DNA from: Mycobacterium sp.
GTDB taxonomy: Bacteria > Actinomycetota > Actinomycetes > Mycobacteriales > Mycobacteriaceae
Reading direction: 5' to 3'
Assembly (NCBI GenBank): GCA_020438905.1
Contig: JAGQTQ010000024.1
Coordinates: 19,138-83,137 of the forward strand
DNA length: 64,000 bases
Below are positions 44,339 to 54,626 of this stretch, piece by piece (the stretch's first letter is position 1; each line of letters begins with the position of its first letter). Position numbers and translations under genes: made by a program. A model generated the notes under the pieces. That model ran no database searches. It saw nothing but the letters and a program-made list of their open reading frames with translations, and was not told the DNA's origin.

Positions 44339-46186
44339 TCACAGGCTGATCGGAACATGTTTCTCCGCGCAGGCGTCGACGACGGCCGCGACGATGTCCT
44401 GGGTGCGCAACCTCTCCAGATCCGCGACGGTGACCGAGCCACGATCCGCCCTGTTCTGCGCGGCGACCCGCGAATCACGCAGCCGCTCGGCCCGTTCCAC
44501 CACGTTGCGGGCGAATCGCCCGTTCTGCATGAGGTCGATTCCGTGGGTGCCGTCGGCAGCGAGATAGTCACGCAACGCACGGCAGGCGACGTTGAGGGCA
44601 TGCCGGGCGTCGGGATCCAGCATGCTGGCCCGCGGGTTCCCGTAGCGAACGGCGATCTCCACGAGGTCGTCGGGGTCGTAGGAGGCGAAACGCAGCTTCC
44701 GGTTGAACCGGCCGGCCAGGCCAGGGTTGACCTTGAGGAACTCATCGACCTCGCGTTCGTAACCGGCTCCGATGAAGCAGAGGTCGAACCGGTGGACCTC
44801 CAGGGCGACCAGCAGTTGATTCACCGCCTCCATCCCGATCATGTCCGGGCGGCCGTCGTGGTGACGTTCAACGAGGCTGTAGAACTCATCGAAGAACAGG
44901 ATGCGCCCCAGCGAACGGTCGATCAGATCATTGGTTTTCGGCCCCGACGACCCGATGTGCTCACCGCAGAAGTCCGAGCGTTTGACCTCGACGATCTCGG
45001 GGTTCCGGACGATGCCGAGACCGGCGTAGATCTTGCCGAGAGCCTCCGCGGTGGTCGTCTTGCCGGTTCCGGGCGGCCCCACCAGCAGCATGTGGTTCGT
45101 CTGGTTGGTCACCGGCAGTCCATGCGCTAGGCGCAGAGCCCGCACCTCGATTTGGTCCTCGATCTCGGCGACCGCGCGCTTGACCTCGGCCAGACCGACC
45201 TGACCGTGCAGCAGGGCACGGCCCTCGGCCAGAAGTTCGGCCCGTCGCTCGCGATTGCGCTCCTCGGCGCGGGACTCCTCCGAGCGGCCGGTGGTGGCAT
45301 CCCACTTGTCGGTCCGGCTGTTGATCGTCTCCTCGTCGGTGACGACCAGTTGCAGCCTCGGATCGGCCAGCGCCTGTTTGGCCTGGGGGATCGGCACACC
45401 GTTGACGGTGGCCCTGGACAGCCAGATGTCGGCCCTGTCCTGCTCACCGAGTTGCCGGTAGGCCATGCCGCGCGCGTAGGCCAGGTCCGCGGCGATGAGC
45501 GGGAACTCGACAGGGTCGATCACTGCGACCGAGCTGCGGTTGTCCTTCCCGACGGCAACACCCGGGTCACACCGGGTTTGCGCATCGACCCTTTCGGCCC
45601 AGTCGAGGGCAAGGCGAGCCTGGCCGAGATGGGCCGCGGCGTGGGCCGCCAGGGCGGCGGTCCCGGCCGTCACCGCCGACATGATCAGCGCGTTGGCCGG
45701 CAGGACCCGCGCGGCCTCGGCGATGACGTCGGGCCACCGCTGGGTGGCGAACATCAGGTGGCCACGGATGTGCTGACACCACTGGTGGTTCTCCAGGCCG
45801 TCGAGCAGCGCATCGTCCTCGAGAAGAGCTTGGGCCTCCTCGAAGCGGCCCGCATCGACCAACGCACCGGCCAGCGCGATACCCACATGCGATGCCTCGG
45901 TGACCGTGATCGAAAGGTACGGCCCGGCCCGGACCGTTGCGACCAGATGAAGCCCCAGCCGGTTCGACTCCCGGTGCATCCGCGTGCCGCAGGCGAAAAG
46001 GCTCTCCAGCGTGGACAACTCGTCGTCACCGGCGGCGATCCGGCCCAGCCAGGCGTCGGCCATCGACGGGTCGATCTGCGTGGCTTCGCGAAAGAGCCGG
46101 CAGGCCGACGCCGGTTCGACCTCGAGTACCGACACGGCCTGGTCGAAGTGCCGCCGCGCGGCGGCGGTCATGGTGCTGCTGGACAT
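44339..46186 (-). CDS. eccA: Type VII secretion AAA+ ATPase EccA (EccA2-like)
   Basis: TPR-like N-terminus (MADAWLGRI), GPPGTGKTT, ILFFDEFY, NPGLAGRF, NGRFARN. Confidence 0.92.
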   Translation of the reverse strand: MSSSTMTAAARRHFDQAVSVLEVEPASACRLFREATQIDPSMADAWLGRIAAGDDELSTLESLFACGTRMHRESNRLGLHLVATVRAGPYLSITVTEASHVGIALAGALVDAGRFEEAQALLEDDALLDGLENHQWCQHIRGHLMFATQRWPDVIAEAARVLPANALIMSAVTAGTAALAAHAAAHLGQARLALDWAERVDAQTRCDPGVAVGKDNRSSVAVIDPVEFPLIAADLAYARGMAYRQLGEQDRADIWLSRATVNGVPIPQAKQALADPRLQLVVTDEETINSRTDKWDATTGRSEESRAEERNRERRAELLAEGRALLHGQVGLAEVKRAVAEIEDQIEVRALRLAHGLPVTNQTNHMLLVGPPGTGKTTTAEALGKIYAGLGIVRNPEIVEVKRSDFCGEHIGSSGPKTNDLIDRSLGRILFFDEFYSLVERHHDGRPDMIGMEAVNQLLVALEVHRFDLCFIGAGYEREVDEFLKVNPGLAGRFNRKLRFASYDPDDLVEIAVRYGNPRASMLDPDARHALNVACRALRDYLAADGTHGIDLMQNGRFARNVVERAERLRDSRVAAQNRADRGSVTVADLERLRTQDIVAAVVDACAEKHVPISL

Positions 46187-46189
46187 GGC

Positions 46190-47716
46190 CTATTCCGCCG
46201 CTTTCCACTCGGACACGTCCCACTCGGAGCCGGCCACATAGCGGTTCTCGGCCCGGAAGAACTCCGTTTCGATGTCGTAGAGCCGCCCTGCCGCGGTCAC
46301 CTCAACGATGGCCGGACCGGTCTGGGTGATCACGATGTCGGACGCGGGGGGCGCCGGACTACCCGGGGGCCCCACCGAGATCACGGTGCCGGGCCGTGGC
46401 GCGGGGGCCACGGTCCCATCCACCACGCTGACCGTGGTGCCCGGCGCCGGGCGTTGGTGCTCGAGGACGGCGACGCTGGGCATCCGCACGCTCTGCCATC
46501 CCGCGACATCGGTGGTGTGGACGGTCACCCGCTCCCCCGCCGCGGCCGTCCGGATAACGATCCGCTTGGCGATCTCCTGCTCGGCGGCGATGTGCACCCG
46601 GGTCTGTTCGAACGGGTCGCCCAGCGGCATCAGCAGACGCTCGCCGCCGGGCATCTTGCCGATCAGCACCCCGGATGGACCGACCGGGATCACCAGCGCC
46701 CGGGGAAGCGGACCGCGAGCCAGGCCGCGAACCTCCGGACGCGGTCCACAGCGGTTGCCCGCTGCGGCGGCCGCCTGCTCGCCGGGCAGCGTCTGCAGGA
46801 TCACCCCCGGCGGCGCGGTGGGAGGCCGCGGTGTTCGCACCGCTACCGTGGCCTCGACGGTCCCGTCGGGAAATACCGTGATGTTCTGGATGATTCCGTC
46901 CGCGCGCAGCGACCACGCCTGCGCCAGCGCCTCAGCGGTGATGTCTGCGGTCTGATAGCCGTAGCTGGTCTGCCACCCGGCTTCGCCACGCAGACTGAGC
47001 CAACGCCGGTTGTTCGGCCCGAGCGCACCGGTGTCGAGCCGTCTCTCCAGTTCGACCATCTCCGTGGCGCTGGCGACCTTGGCCCGCACGCCCCGGCACC
47101 GCAGCGCCGCGCCGACGCGTTGCGCCGCAGCCAGAGCTGCCGTGCCCACCGTGGGCCGGTCACGTAGCGCCTCGCCGTTGTCGAGAGCATGCAGCCTGAG
47201 CACCAGCCAGGTCTCGCGGCGGCCCGCGTAGGGAGGCGGACCGATCAACGTGTCGTAGATGCCCGGGTAGTCCCCGCTGTTTCGCCGGCGTGCGCCCACG
47301 GTGATGACGCTGAGCGACTCCAGTTCGAGCCCCAGGCTTTGACGCATCAGCGGCAACAGTTCGGCGACGTCGAGGGTGTTCGCCGTCTCAGCCGTCGTTG
47401 ATCCGGTGAAAAACGTTGGCTGCCATGCCTTTCCCAGAATCTGGATCGCCGCGACGGCGATACCGTCCTGATATCGAACTCCGCCACCGGAGCGGTCGTT
47501 GACGAGCGTGACCGGATCCGACAGGTCGAAACGCCGGTCCCGGGTGAGATAGAGCCGTGCCCACGACCACCCCGGTTGCCCCCGCCAGGGCACGGCGAGC
47601 ACGGCCAGCCCCAGTGCCACACCGGCGCCGGCGCCGATATGGGCCGCCAGACTCCAGCCGATGGTTCCGAAGACGAACAGAGCTGCCACCACGGCAAGCC
47701 GGATACCGTCCCTCAT
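46190..47716 (-). CDS. eccE: Type VII secretion membrane component EccE (EccE2-like)
   Basis: Two N-terminal TMs, NDRSGGGVRYQDG, PPPYAGRRETW; between mycP and eccA. Confidence 0.85.
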   Translation of the reverse strand: MRDGIRLAVVAALFVFGTIGWSLAAHIGAGAGVALGLAVLAVPWRGQPGWSWARLYLTRDRRFDLSDPVTLVNDRSGGGVRYQDGIAVAAIQILGKAWQPTFFTGSTTAETANTLDVAELLPLMRQSLGLELESLSVITVGARRRNSGDYPGIYDTLIGPPPYAGRRETWLVLRLHALDNGEALRDRPTVGTAALAAAQRVGAALRCRGVRAKVASATEMVELERRLDTGALGPNNRRWLSLRGEAGWQTSYGYQTADITAEALAQAWSLRADGIIQNITVFPDGTVEATVAVRTPRPPTAPPGVILQTLPGEQAAAAAGNRCGPRPEVRGLARGPLPRALVIPVGPSGVLIGKMPGGERLLMPLGDPFEQTRVHIAAEQEIAKRIVIRTAAAGERVTVHTTDVAGWQSVRMPSVAVLEHQRPAPGTTVSVVDGTVAPAPRPGTVISVGPPGSPAPPASDIVITQTGPAIVEVTAAGRLYDIETEFFRAENRYVAGSEWDVSEWKAAE

Positions 47717-49218
47717 CTGGCCCTCCGCGCCCTGCCGATGAGCGCGGACAGCGCCGCGCCCGCGGCCACCACTCCGGCGAAGGCCAGCGCAGCCGTGTGG
47801 GCTCGGCGGTCCGGGGGCGGGGGCGGCGGGGCCGGTGTCACCACCCGCGAATGTGCGCCGGGTGGCGCGGGATCGCCGACCGGAACGTCGAAGGTCAGCG
47901 CCGCAACCGGATCGACCACCCCGTACCCGATCCGGTTATCGACCCCGCGCGGCGGGTTGTGCGACGTCTGCAGAATCCGGTTGATCACCTGACGGGCTGT
48001 CAGGTGCGGATATTTCGCCCGGACCAGTGCGGCGACACCGCTGACATAGGCCGCCGAGAAGCTGGTGCCCCAGAACGGGACCGGGCTCTCACCCGGACGG
48101 GCCGGAGGGTACGCGTTGACCGGCGCGCCGTCGTGCGGGGAAAGACCCATGATCCCGACGCCGGGTGCGGCCACCGAGATCCACGGGCCGGCGAGGCTCT
48201 TGGCCACCGGGGCCCCCTTGTTGTCGACGGCCCCGACCGACAGCACGTAGTCGGCGAACCACGAAGGGGACGAGACCGTCTTGACCCGGCCCCAGTCCCG
48301 CGGGTCGTTGGTGTCCAGGGGGTTGAGCTCGGGGTTCTGCGCACAACCCTCCTCGCCCTCGTTGCCACCGGCAGCGACGATGACGGCGTCTTTGACCGTC
48401 GCGGCGTACCAGACCGCCGCCCCGATAGCGCTCTGGTCAAGCGGATCCGCCGCCGGGACGCAGGCCGTCACGCTGACGTTGATGACCTTGGCGCCCACGT
48501 TGGCGGCGTGCACGATCGCTCTGGCCAGAGTGGCCACGGTGCCCGCCTTGCGGCCCGCCTCGAGGCCGACCGTGCTCGGGCTCACCGGCTCGTAGGCCCG
48601 CGAGGACTGGCGAATCGAGATCACCGTTGCGTGCGGCGCGACTCCGGCGACCCCGTCCGGCGTGCCGGGCCGCGGGTCCGCCGGGCTGGGCGGTCCGGTC
48701 GGCGGCGCACCCCCACCGACGGCCGCGGGTACCCCGGCAGGCGGCGGGAACGCCGGTCTGGGCGGCATCGGCGCCGGCATCGGCGAGCCTTGCGGAGCCG
48801 CGTTGATCAACGAGGCCACGATCGTCCCGTGGGCATCGCAATCGGTCAGGCCGTCACCGCCCATGACGTAATCCCCGCCGGGGATGACCGGCAGACGACG
48901 ACTGGGCGTGACGCCGGTGTCGATGACTGCGACGGCCACCCCGTTACCGGTGGAGTATTGCCACGCCGCGCGGGTGTTCAGCATGGCGAAACCCGGAGCC
49001 GGCAGGGTGACGTCGGGATCGGCGGCGGCCACCGGCCGGGCGCAGATGTTGCTCTGACGCATGGGCTGTTCGGGTCCGGGCGTGCCATCGGTCGGCACCA
49101 GCGCGGGGTCGACGGAAGGGGGTTCGATGGCCAGCGCTTGCGGCAGAACGGACGCCGGCCCGGTCAGCAGAATGACCAGCGCGACGGCGCCGCACCGGAG
49201 GACCCCGAATCGCCTCAT
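47713..49218 (-). CDS. mycP: Mycosin subtilisin-like protease MycP
   Basis: Signal peptide, VAVIDTG (D), DAHGT (H), GTSFS (S), C-terminal TM; ATGA overlaps on both sides. Confidence 0.93.
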   Translation of the reverse strand: MRRFGVLRCGAVALVILLTGPASVLPQALAIEPPSVDPALVPTDGTPGPEQPMRQSNICARPVAAADPDVTLPAPGFAMLNTRAAWQYSTGNGVAVAVIDTGVTPSRRLPVIPGGDYVMGGDGLTDCDAHGTIVASLINAAPQGSPMPAPMPPRPAFPPPAGVPAAVGGGAPPTGPPSPADPRPGTPDGVAGVAPHATVISIRQSSRAYEPVSPSTVGLEAGRKAGTVATLARAIVHAANVGAKVINVSVTACVPAADPLDQSAIGAAVWYAATVKDAVIVAAGGNEGEEGCAQNPELNPLDTNDPRDWGRVKTVSSPSWFADYVLSVGAVDNKGAPVAKSLAGPWISVAAPGVGIMGLSPHDGAPVNAYPPARPGESPVPFWGTSFSAAYVSGVAALVRAKYPHLTARQVINRILQTSHNPPRGVDNRIGYGVVDPVAALTFDVPVGDPAPPGAHSRVVTPAPPPPPPDRRAHTAALAFAGVVAAGAALSALIGRARRAR

Positions 49219-50711
49219 CGCATCCGCACCCAGGCGAACAGGCCACCGATCCAGGCGGCCAGCGGCAACGCCACCACGATGGCGGCCAATTCGAACCACT
49301 CGGCGACCATCCGCACCAGCGGGGTGAACCGGGCGGCCGGTATCAACAGCGACGCGGCCAGACCGAGCCCGGCGAACGCGGTCAGGACCAGGGTTCCCCA
49401 CAGCAGTGGGGCAACGGAAGCCGCCGGAGCGGCCAGAACGTAGCGGACGACGCCGCTGCAGAACGCCGCCACGGCCCCGCCGACCAGCGCGATCGCCTGG
49501 ATCCGGTCGGTGAACGCCCGCCCCCTGCTGATGAAGATCAGTACGAAAAGGCCGGACAGGATCGCGGCGGGGATTCCTCTCGGTTGCCACGGCGTCAACG
49601 TCGCCCACACGGCGATCGGCAGAACGATCGCCGCCGCAAGGCAAATGCCGGCCAGAACACCGTTGGCGGTTCGGGCCGCCTCGGCGATCACCGTCCCCGA
49701 TGGTGTGCGGTCCGGACTCGGTTCCTCCTCGGCGTGCTCGTCAACCGGTGTGACGGCATCGACCGGCATACCGTCGCCGCGGCGGAAGAGATCGCGACCG
49801 GTGATCGACCCGAAGTGCGGCGGCCGTATCCGGGCCGCCCGCAGTGCGAGCGTCGGAGCGGCCGTGACCAGGACGAGAAGTCCGACCAGCGCCCCCATCC
49901 CCATCCGCTGCGCGTCCACAGGCTGCCACATGCGTACCGCCGAAACGAGTACGGCTACCGCACAGAGGGTTACGACGGTTGCCGCGATCGTCACGTAGGC
50001 ACGGGTTGCCGTTGCCAGCGTCGCCGCCATGACGCCCGCTGCCAGGGCGGCGATGAACAGGTGCGCCGCACCGACCTGACCGGGCGCAGCCGATGCCAGA
50101 CCGACCGACAACGGCATGACCGCCGACCAGCCCAGGATTCCCGACACTTCCGGGTACCCGGGCCACCATCTGCGGGTCCAGACGGCCCCGGCCACCAGAA
50201 GCGCTCCGGGAACCAGTGCGGCAAGCGATCCCGCCCACGAGTCGGTGAGGATCCGGGTGCGGACCGCGAGAGCGGTCGTGATCAGCACAGCCATCGCGAG
50301 GATCCCCAGCGCCGTGCGTTGCGCGGTCTGTGCGGTTACCGGCGCGAAAAGCTGCTTGCCGATACGCGCCAAACCCGTTGACAGTGACTCGTATTGGGGC
50401 AGGAAGGATTCGCCCGGTTCGGCCGGAACCAGCACCAGGGTTGCGCCGTCTTCGACACCCAGCTCGTCGAGATTCCTGGAGATGTCCAGACGGGTTCCGT
50501 TCGCACGGTGCAATTCATAGGCCAGCCCAGGGTCGAGGGCCGTGCCGCCGCGGCGCCTGAGGTCCTCGTCGAGGAGTTCGACGATGTCATCGATGAACGC
50601 CTCGACGGGTACCGAGGCCGGGTACACCTGGGAGACGAGGTGTTCGCCATAGATCACGGCGACGGCACAGCGCGCCGGAAAGGCGGCCTTGACGGTCATA
50701 GGAGCGGACAT
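49215..50711 (-). CDS. eccD: Type VII secretion membrane protein EccD (EccD2-like)
   Basis: Ubiquitin-like N-terminus (SQVYPASVPVE, LDELGVEDGA) followed by about 11 TMs; TGATG overlap with the upstream gene. Confidence 0.9.
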   Translation of the reverse strand: MSAPMTVKAAFPARCAVAVIYGEHLVSQVYPASVPVEAFIDDIVELLDEDLRRRGGTALDPGLAYELHRANGTRLDISRNLDELGVEDGATLVLVPAEPGESFLPQYESLSTGLARIGKQLFAPVTAQTAQRTALGILAMAVLITTALAVRTRILTDSWAGSLAALVPGALLVAGAVWTRRWWPGYPEVSGILGWSAVMPLSVGLASAAPGQVGAAHLFIAALAAGVMAATLATATRAYVTIAATVVTLCAVAVLVSAVRMWQPVDAQRMGMGALVGLLVLVTAAPTLALRAARIRPPHFGSITGRDLFRRGDGMPVDAVTPVDEHAEEEPSPDRTPSGTVIAEAARTANGVLAGICLAAAIVLPIAVWATLTPWQPRGIPAAILSGLFVLIFISRGRAFTDRIQAIALVGGAVAAFCSGVVRYVLAAPAASVAPLLWGTLVLTAFAGLGLAASLLIPAARFTPLVRMVAEWFELAAIVVALPLAAWIGGLFAWVRMR

Positions 50712-51742
50712 CAGCGGGGCCGGTCTGCATCCGGGACGTACTTGTCGGCGAGGGTCGCGGCGATCTCGAAGAGCCGAAGCCGCGCCTTCTTGTGTATTTC
50801 GCAACGGGTGTCGATGATCCCGCCCTCGGCCAGGTGCGGGTCGAAGGGCATGAACTCGACGTCCGCGCCGGTCCGGGCGAACCTCTCGGTGAGGTAGTCC
50901 CGGGCGTCCTTGTCGTATCCGTTGCGGCTGTCGTTGAGAATCACCGTGCTGCGCGACACCAACTCGTGATAGCCCATTGAGCGCAACAGGTCGATGGCCC
51001 GCGTGACGGGCAAGGACGCATCCGCGGTGAGGCCGGAGACGAAAACCAGTGTGTCGGCCGCGTCCAGGACTGCCTTCATCACCGGATGTTCGAGATCGTC
51101 GGAAGTGTCGACGAGAATCACATTGTGGGTTCGGCGAAGTCGCGCCAGGACGCCACTGAACATCGCGGGCACCAGAGGTCTGGGCTGATCGGACATCCGG
51201 TTGCCGGCCAGGACGTCAAGCCCGACGGCGTTCTGCCCAAGATGTTCCCGGATATCGGCGTAGCCTTGGACGTCGGCGTCATCGAGCACCCCCGCGTAGT
51301 CCCCGGGAGGGGATTCGTCGATGCGCCCGGCCAGCGTCCCGAAGCCCGGCGCGGCATCGACCGCGACGATGTTCTCGGTTCGGCATTCGCGGATAACCCC
51401 GCCGATGGACGCCGTCATGGTGGTCTTGCCGACGCCTCCCTTCCCGGAGACGAAGGCGATCACATACTGCTTGCGGATGTGCCGGCGAATCCGATCCCGG
51501 AGTTCTCTGTGGTGCCGTTCAGCGGGCGATTCACCGGGGTTGACGGTCTTGAAGGACAGCTTGAAAACGAGTCTGCGCCAACCCGCGGCGGGAGGAACCT
51601 TGCGGGGCGCCACCATGTCCGAGATCCGCAACGTCCCGGAGACCGAATCCGACCGGGGCCGGATGTGAGTCGTGGACGGATCTCTTTCGGTCGCCGAAGG
51701 CGGATCCTCCTGGAGTACCGCCTCCTTCCAGGGAGAGCTCAT
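50711..51742 (-). CDS. MinD/ParA-family ATPase of ESX loci (Rv3888c/EspI-like)
   Basis: Deviant Walker A GKGGVGKTT, VAVDAAPGFG, FMPFDPHL. Confidence 0.85.
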   Translation of the reverse strand: MSSPWKEAVLQEDPPSATERDPSTTHIRPRSDSVSGTLRISDMVAPRKVPPAAGWRRLVFKLSFKTVNPGESPAERHHRELRDRIRRHIRKQYVIAFVSGKGGVGKTTMTASIGGVIRECRTENIVAVDAAPGFGTLAGRIDESPPGDYAGVLDDADVQGYADIREHLGQNAVGLDVLAGNRMSDQPRPLVPAMFSGVLARLRRTHNVILVDTSDDLEHPVMKAVLDAADTLVFVSGLTADASLPVTRAIDLLRSMGYHELVSRSTVILNDSRNGYDKDARDYLTERFARTGADVEFMPFDPHLAEGGIIDTRCEIHKKARLRLFEIAATLADKYVPDADRPR

Positions 51743-52576
51743 CTAAACCACCTTTCTGTAGCAATGCCAGTCGTCTCGGGCCGGCAACCGGCGCAACATC
51801 CGCTGCACCGCCGAGGCGATACCGGAGGTCGAACCGGGGCCGACGATCATCCATGTCCTGCCGGCGCGTTGGTCGTGCTCGGAGAGCAGTCGGCCCTGCG
51901 GGGTGTCGATGACGGTCACGGTGGTCGATCCGATGCCCGAGTCGCCCGGGTGACCGGCCACGCCGGACTGGAGTGCCACCAGGGAGACCTGGACCGAGCG
52001 CTCCCCATCGGCCGCCAGCATCAGGGATCCGATTTGGTCGCCGTCGAATCCGCAGTCGCGGAGGAAGCTGCGCAGGCTCGTGCGGTCACGAACTGCGGCC
52101 AGCAGTTCAGTGCCGTCCAGCGTCACCGGCCTCACGTCGGCCGGGGCCTTGTCGCCGCAGAGACGTTGGATCTGGGACTGGATCAGCAGGCCCGCCGACC
52201 GCTCGGTTGCGGCCGTGCCGACACCGCCGAGGCGGATGAGGACTCCGCATCGCTCCAGGCTGACCCACCATTGCGCGAAGCGGGCCAACAGCACCCGCTC
52301 GAACCCGGGCCCCGTGCTGGGGGTCTGGGCGTGCAGCAGCAGGCCGACCTCCCGTCGCGCCAGGACGGTCATCCATTCGAGGACGGTCTGATCCACCTCA
52401 CCGGCAGGGCCGATGGCACCGACGTCCCGAAGCTCCTCCGCCACCGGATGCGCCAGCGCCATGTGGGTGGTCTCCACGCTGGGCAGGTGCGGGCGCAGAC
52501 CCAGTTCGGGCGCCAGCACCTCGATACCGGACAGGACCTGGAGAACCCAAAGGCCGTCAAGTGTGGTCGTCAACAT
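51743..52576 (-). CDS. espG: PE/PPE chaperone EspG (EspG2-like)
   Basis: MLTTTLDGLWVLQ N-terminus resembles EspG2; IDTPQGR near the C-terminus; alternative start 52594. Confidence 0.85.
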   Translation of the reverse strand: MLTTTLDGLWVLQVLSGIEVLAPELGLRPHLPSVETTHMALAHPVAEELRDVGAIGPAGEVDQTVLEWMTVLARREVGLLLHAQTPSTGPGFERVLLARFAQWWVSLERCGVLIRLGGVGTAATERSAGLLIQSQIQRLCGDKAPADVRPVTLDGTELLAAVRDRTSLRSFLRDCGFDGDQIGSLMLAADGERSVQVSLVALQSGVAGHPGDSGIGSTTVTVIDTPQGRLLSEHDQRAGRTWMIVGPGSTSGIASAVQRMLRRLPARDDWHCYRKVV

Positions 52577-52599
52577 GTACGTGTCCTCCGACATGACGT

Positions 52600-52629
52600 G
52601 GTGGGCGCGCACGATTCGGCGCGCCCACC
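52600..52629 (-). terminator. 11-bp GC stem-loop between esxC and espG
   Basis: GGTGGGCGCGC-acgattcg-GCGCGCCCACC. Confidence 0.6.
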
Positions 52630-52645
52630 GGCCGATGCCATCCGG

Positions 52646-52933
52646 TTAGAAGAGGTTCCCCATCATCAGGTCGGTCTGGTGGGCACTCTCGTTGACGCTG
52701 CTGATCGTCTGCCCGTGCTTGTTCATCGTGTGGATGAGCCCCTGCAGGCCGCCCAACATCTGCATCTGCGATTCGTGGAACGCGGTGGCCGCCGTGCCCT
52801 GAAAGAAGTCGGCGATCGCATTGGTGCGCTGCGCGATGTCGTCGTGGATCTGCATCAGCTGTGCCGAGCGGGCTCCGACATCGGAGGCGAAGTCGGCGAC
52901 ACCGCCGTGGTTGTAGGTGATGTGGTCTGACAT
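52646..52933 (-). CDS. esxC: WXG100 protein, EsxC-like
   Basis: MSDHITYN..VADFASDVG..FFQG..QMLGGLQGLI closely follows the recalled EsxC sequence; FxG replaces WxG. Confidence 0.85.
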   Translation of the reverse strand: MSDHITYNHGGVADFASDVGARSAQLMQIHDDIAQRTNAIADFFQGTAATAFHESQMQMLGGLQGLIHTMNKHGQTISSVNESAHQTDLMMGNLF

Positions 52934-52957
52934 TGGAAAGTCCTTTCGAGAGTGGGG

Positions 52958-53263
52958 TCAGGCGTTGGCGGCGAACGCCGTGAGGCTGTGGGCTGCTTCG
53001 GACTCGTGGCCTTCCATCAGCGAGGCGGCCTGGCCGAGCCCATGAGCGAGCCGGGTGCCGCCGGTGATCGTCTGCTGGAGGTCCTGATTGATCTGGGCGG
53101 CGGTGTGCACCGACGCGAGTTGGGCCTGACCGCCCCAGACGGCCGAGCCGAGACCCTCGTGGGTGCTCAGGTAGCCGTTGGCAATGGCCGTGGCGTGCTC
53201 GAGCGCCGATTCGATGGCCTGTCGGGTGCTGCGAAGCACCTCCGGTGTGACGACGAGTGGCAT
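52958..53263 (-). CDS. esxD: WXG100 protein, EsxD-like
   Basis: VTPEVLRST, central WGG, TGGTRLAHGLGQAASLMEGHE matches the recalled EsxD sequence. Confidence 0.85.
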   Translation of the reverse strand: MPLVVTPEVLRSTRQAIESALEHATAIANGYLSTHEGLGSAVWGGQAQLASVHTAAQINQDLQQTITGGTRLAHGLGQAASLMEGHESEAAHSLTAFAANA

Positions 53264-53399
53264 GTGTTCTTCCCTGTCTAGACGGATATGTGATCAACCC
53301 CGGACGGGGCGGATTTCGAGTATTCGACGCGGAATCGCGGGTGTCACTTCACCCTGTGGCAAACCGTTGTTTTCAACCCCCCTTGATGACGGTGATTAG

Positions 53400-54614
53400 C
53401 TACACAGCCCGATCCGGGGCCACCACCACCCGCGCTCGCGGCATCTCCTCGGCCTCGCCCGCATCTTTGCCATGGGCCGGGCGGGCCGGCGGGACCATCG
53501 GAATCCCCGGGCTCCCGATCGCCCCCGTCGTCGGACCCCGCTGTTCGGCCGCGCTGAGCAGACCGGCTTTCAACCCCACCGGCCGACCACCGCTCTCCGG
53601 CGGGAAGCTGCTGGCCGGCCGGCTGAAACTGGTCAGCCCGGCGCCGGGAATGCCGGCGCCGGCCGCACCGCCACCCGCCGTTGCGCCCGGGGCGGCTCCG
53701 GCGCCGAGACCCCCGGCGCCGGTCGGGTTCGCGGCGGCGCCGACCAGCGCGCCCGGCAGGCCGAACTCGCCCGTCGGAGCTCGGCCGATCAGTCCATCGA
53801 GCGAGCCGGTCATCGACTGCAGCAATCCGGGCATGCCCCCGGCGGCCTGCATCGGGCTCTGGAACATGCCCATCGCGGGCTGCATCGCCCCCAGAGCCGA
53901 CTGAACCGGCTGCATCATCGACCCGATCCGCCCAGCCTGTCCGGCCGGGGCCGCGGCAGCGTCGCCCGCCACCGCCCCAAGCTGCCCCGACTGCTCCAAC
54001 GCCCCGCCGGCGACGGCCTGCGCCGCGTTCTGCGCCGCCGCGGCCAGCGCCGGCGCGGCGGCCGATGCCCCCGGCGGCGACAGCGGCGGAGGCACGGTCA
54101 ACGCCGCAGCCAGCGCCCCGAGCGCGGATCCGTAGGCCGCCCCCGCCGCAGCGTTGTGCGGCCAGTACTCACCGAAATAGGCGGCGTCCAGCGCCACGAT
54201 CACGGGAGTGAGAGCCCCGAGCACCAGCGGGTTCAGCGCTACGTCGGCCGCCTGTTCGGTGCGATTGGCGATCGAGACCGCGGCCGGGATCATCGATGAC
54301 ACGGCGGTTTCGTAGGCCGAGACGGCACTCGCCGCAATCGGCGGCTTCTCCTGGGCCCAGCCCGCGAGCATCTGCAATGCGGAGTTGAGTCCGGTCACCG
54401 CGGCGGCCGAGCTCAGGCCGCCCACCCCCTCGAAGTCCGCGGCGGTGGCCGTCGCGTTGAGCGTCGAGGCCGAGAACGCCAGCTCGTCGCCGACCGTCAG
54501 CGCCTGCCAGGCCACCGCGCTGGCCACCGTGGTCGCGGTGCCGGCCACGCCCGGTCCCGCCAACCTCAGATAGTTGACTTCGGGCGGGGAGGACGACCAT
54601 GAGGGATCCGGCAT
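53400..54614 (-). CDS. PPE protein (PPE69-like)
   Basis: MPDPSWSSSPPEVN, ANRTEQ, YFGEYWPHN; Gly/Ala/Pro-rich C-terminus. Confidence 0.9.
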   Translation of the reverse strand: MPDPSWSSSPPEVNYLRLAGPGVAGTATTVASAVAWQALTVGDELAFSASTLNATATAADFEGVGGLSSAAAVTGLNSALQMLAGWAQEKPPIAASAVSAYETAVSSMIPAAVSIANRTEQAADVALNPLVLGALTPVIVALDAAYFGEYWPHNAAAGAAYGSALGALAAALTVPPPLSPPGASAAAPALAAAAQNAAQAVAGGALEQSGQLGAVAGDAAAAPAGQAGRIGSMMQPVQSALGAMQPAMGMFQSPMQAAGGMPGLLQSMTGSLDGLIGRAPTGEFGLPGALVGAAANPTGAGGLGAGAAPGATAGGGAAGAGIPGAGLTSFSRPASSFPPESGGRPVGLKAGLLSAAEQRGPTTGAIGSPGIPMVPPARPAHGKDAGEAEEMPRARVVVAPDRAV

Positions 54615-54626
54615 GGCAACGCGGCC

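Noticed and set aside
47713-49644. 643-aa extended mycosin
   Set aside because: The extension overlaps eccD; the signal peptide starts at ATG 49218 coupled to the eccD stop
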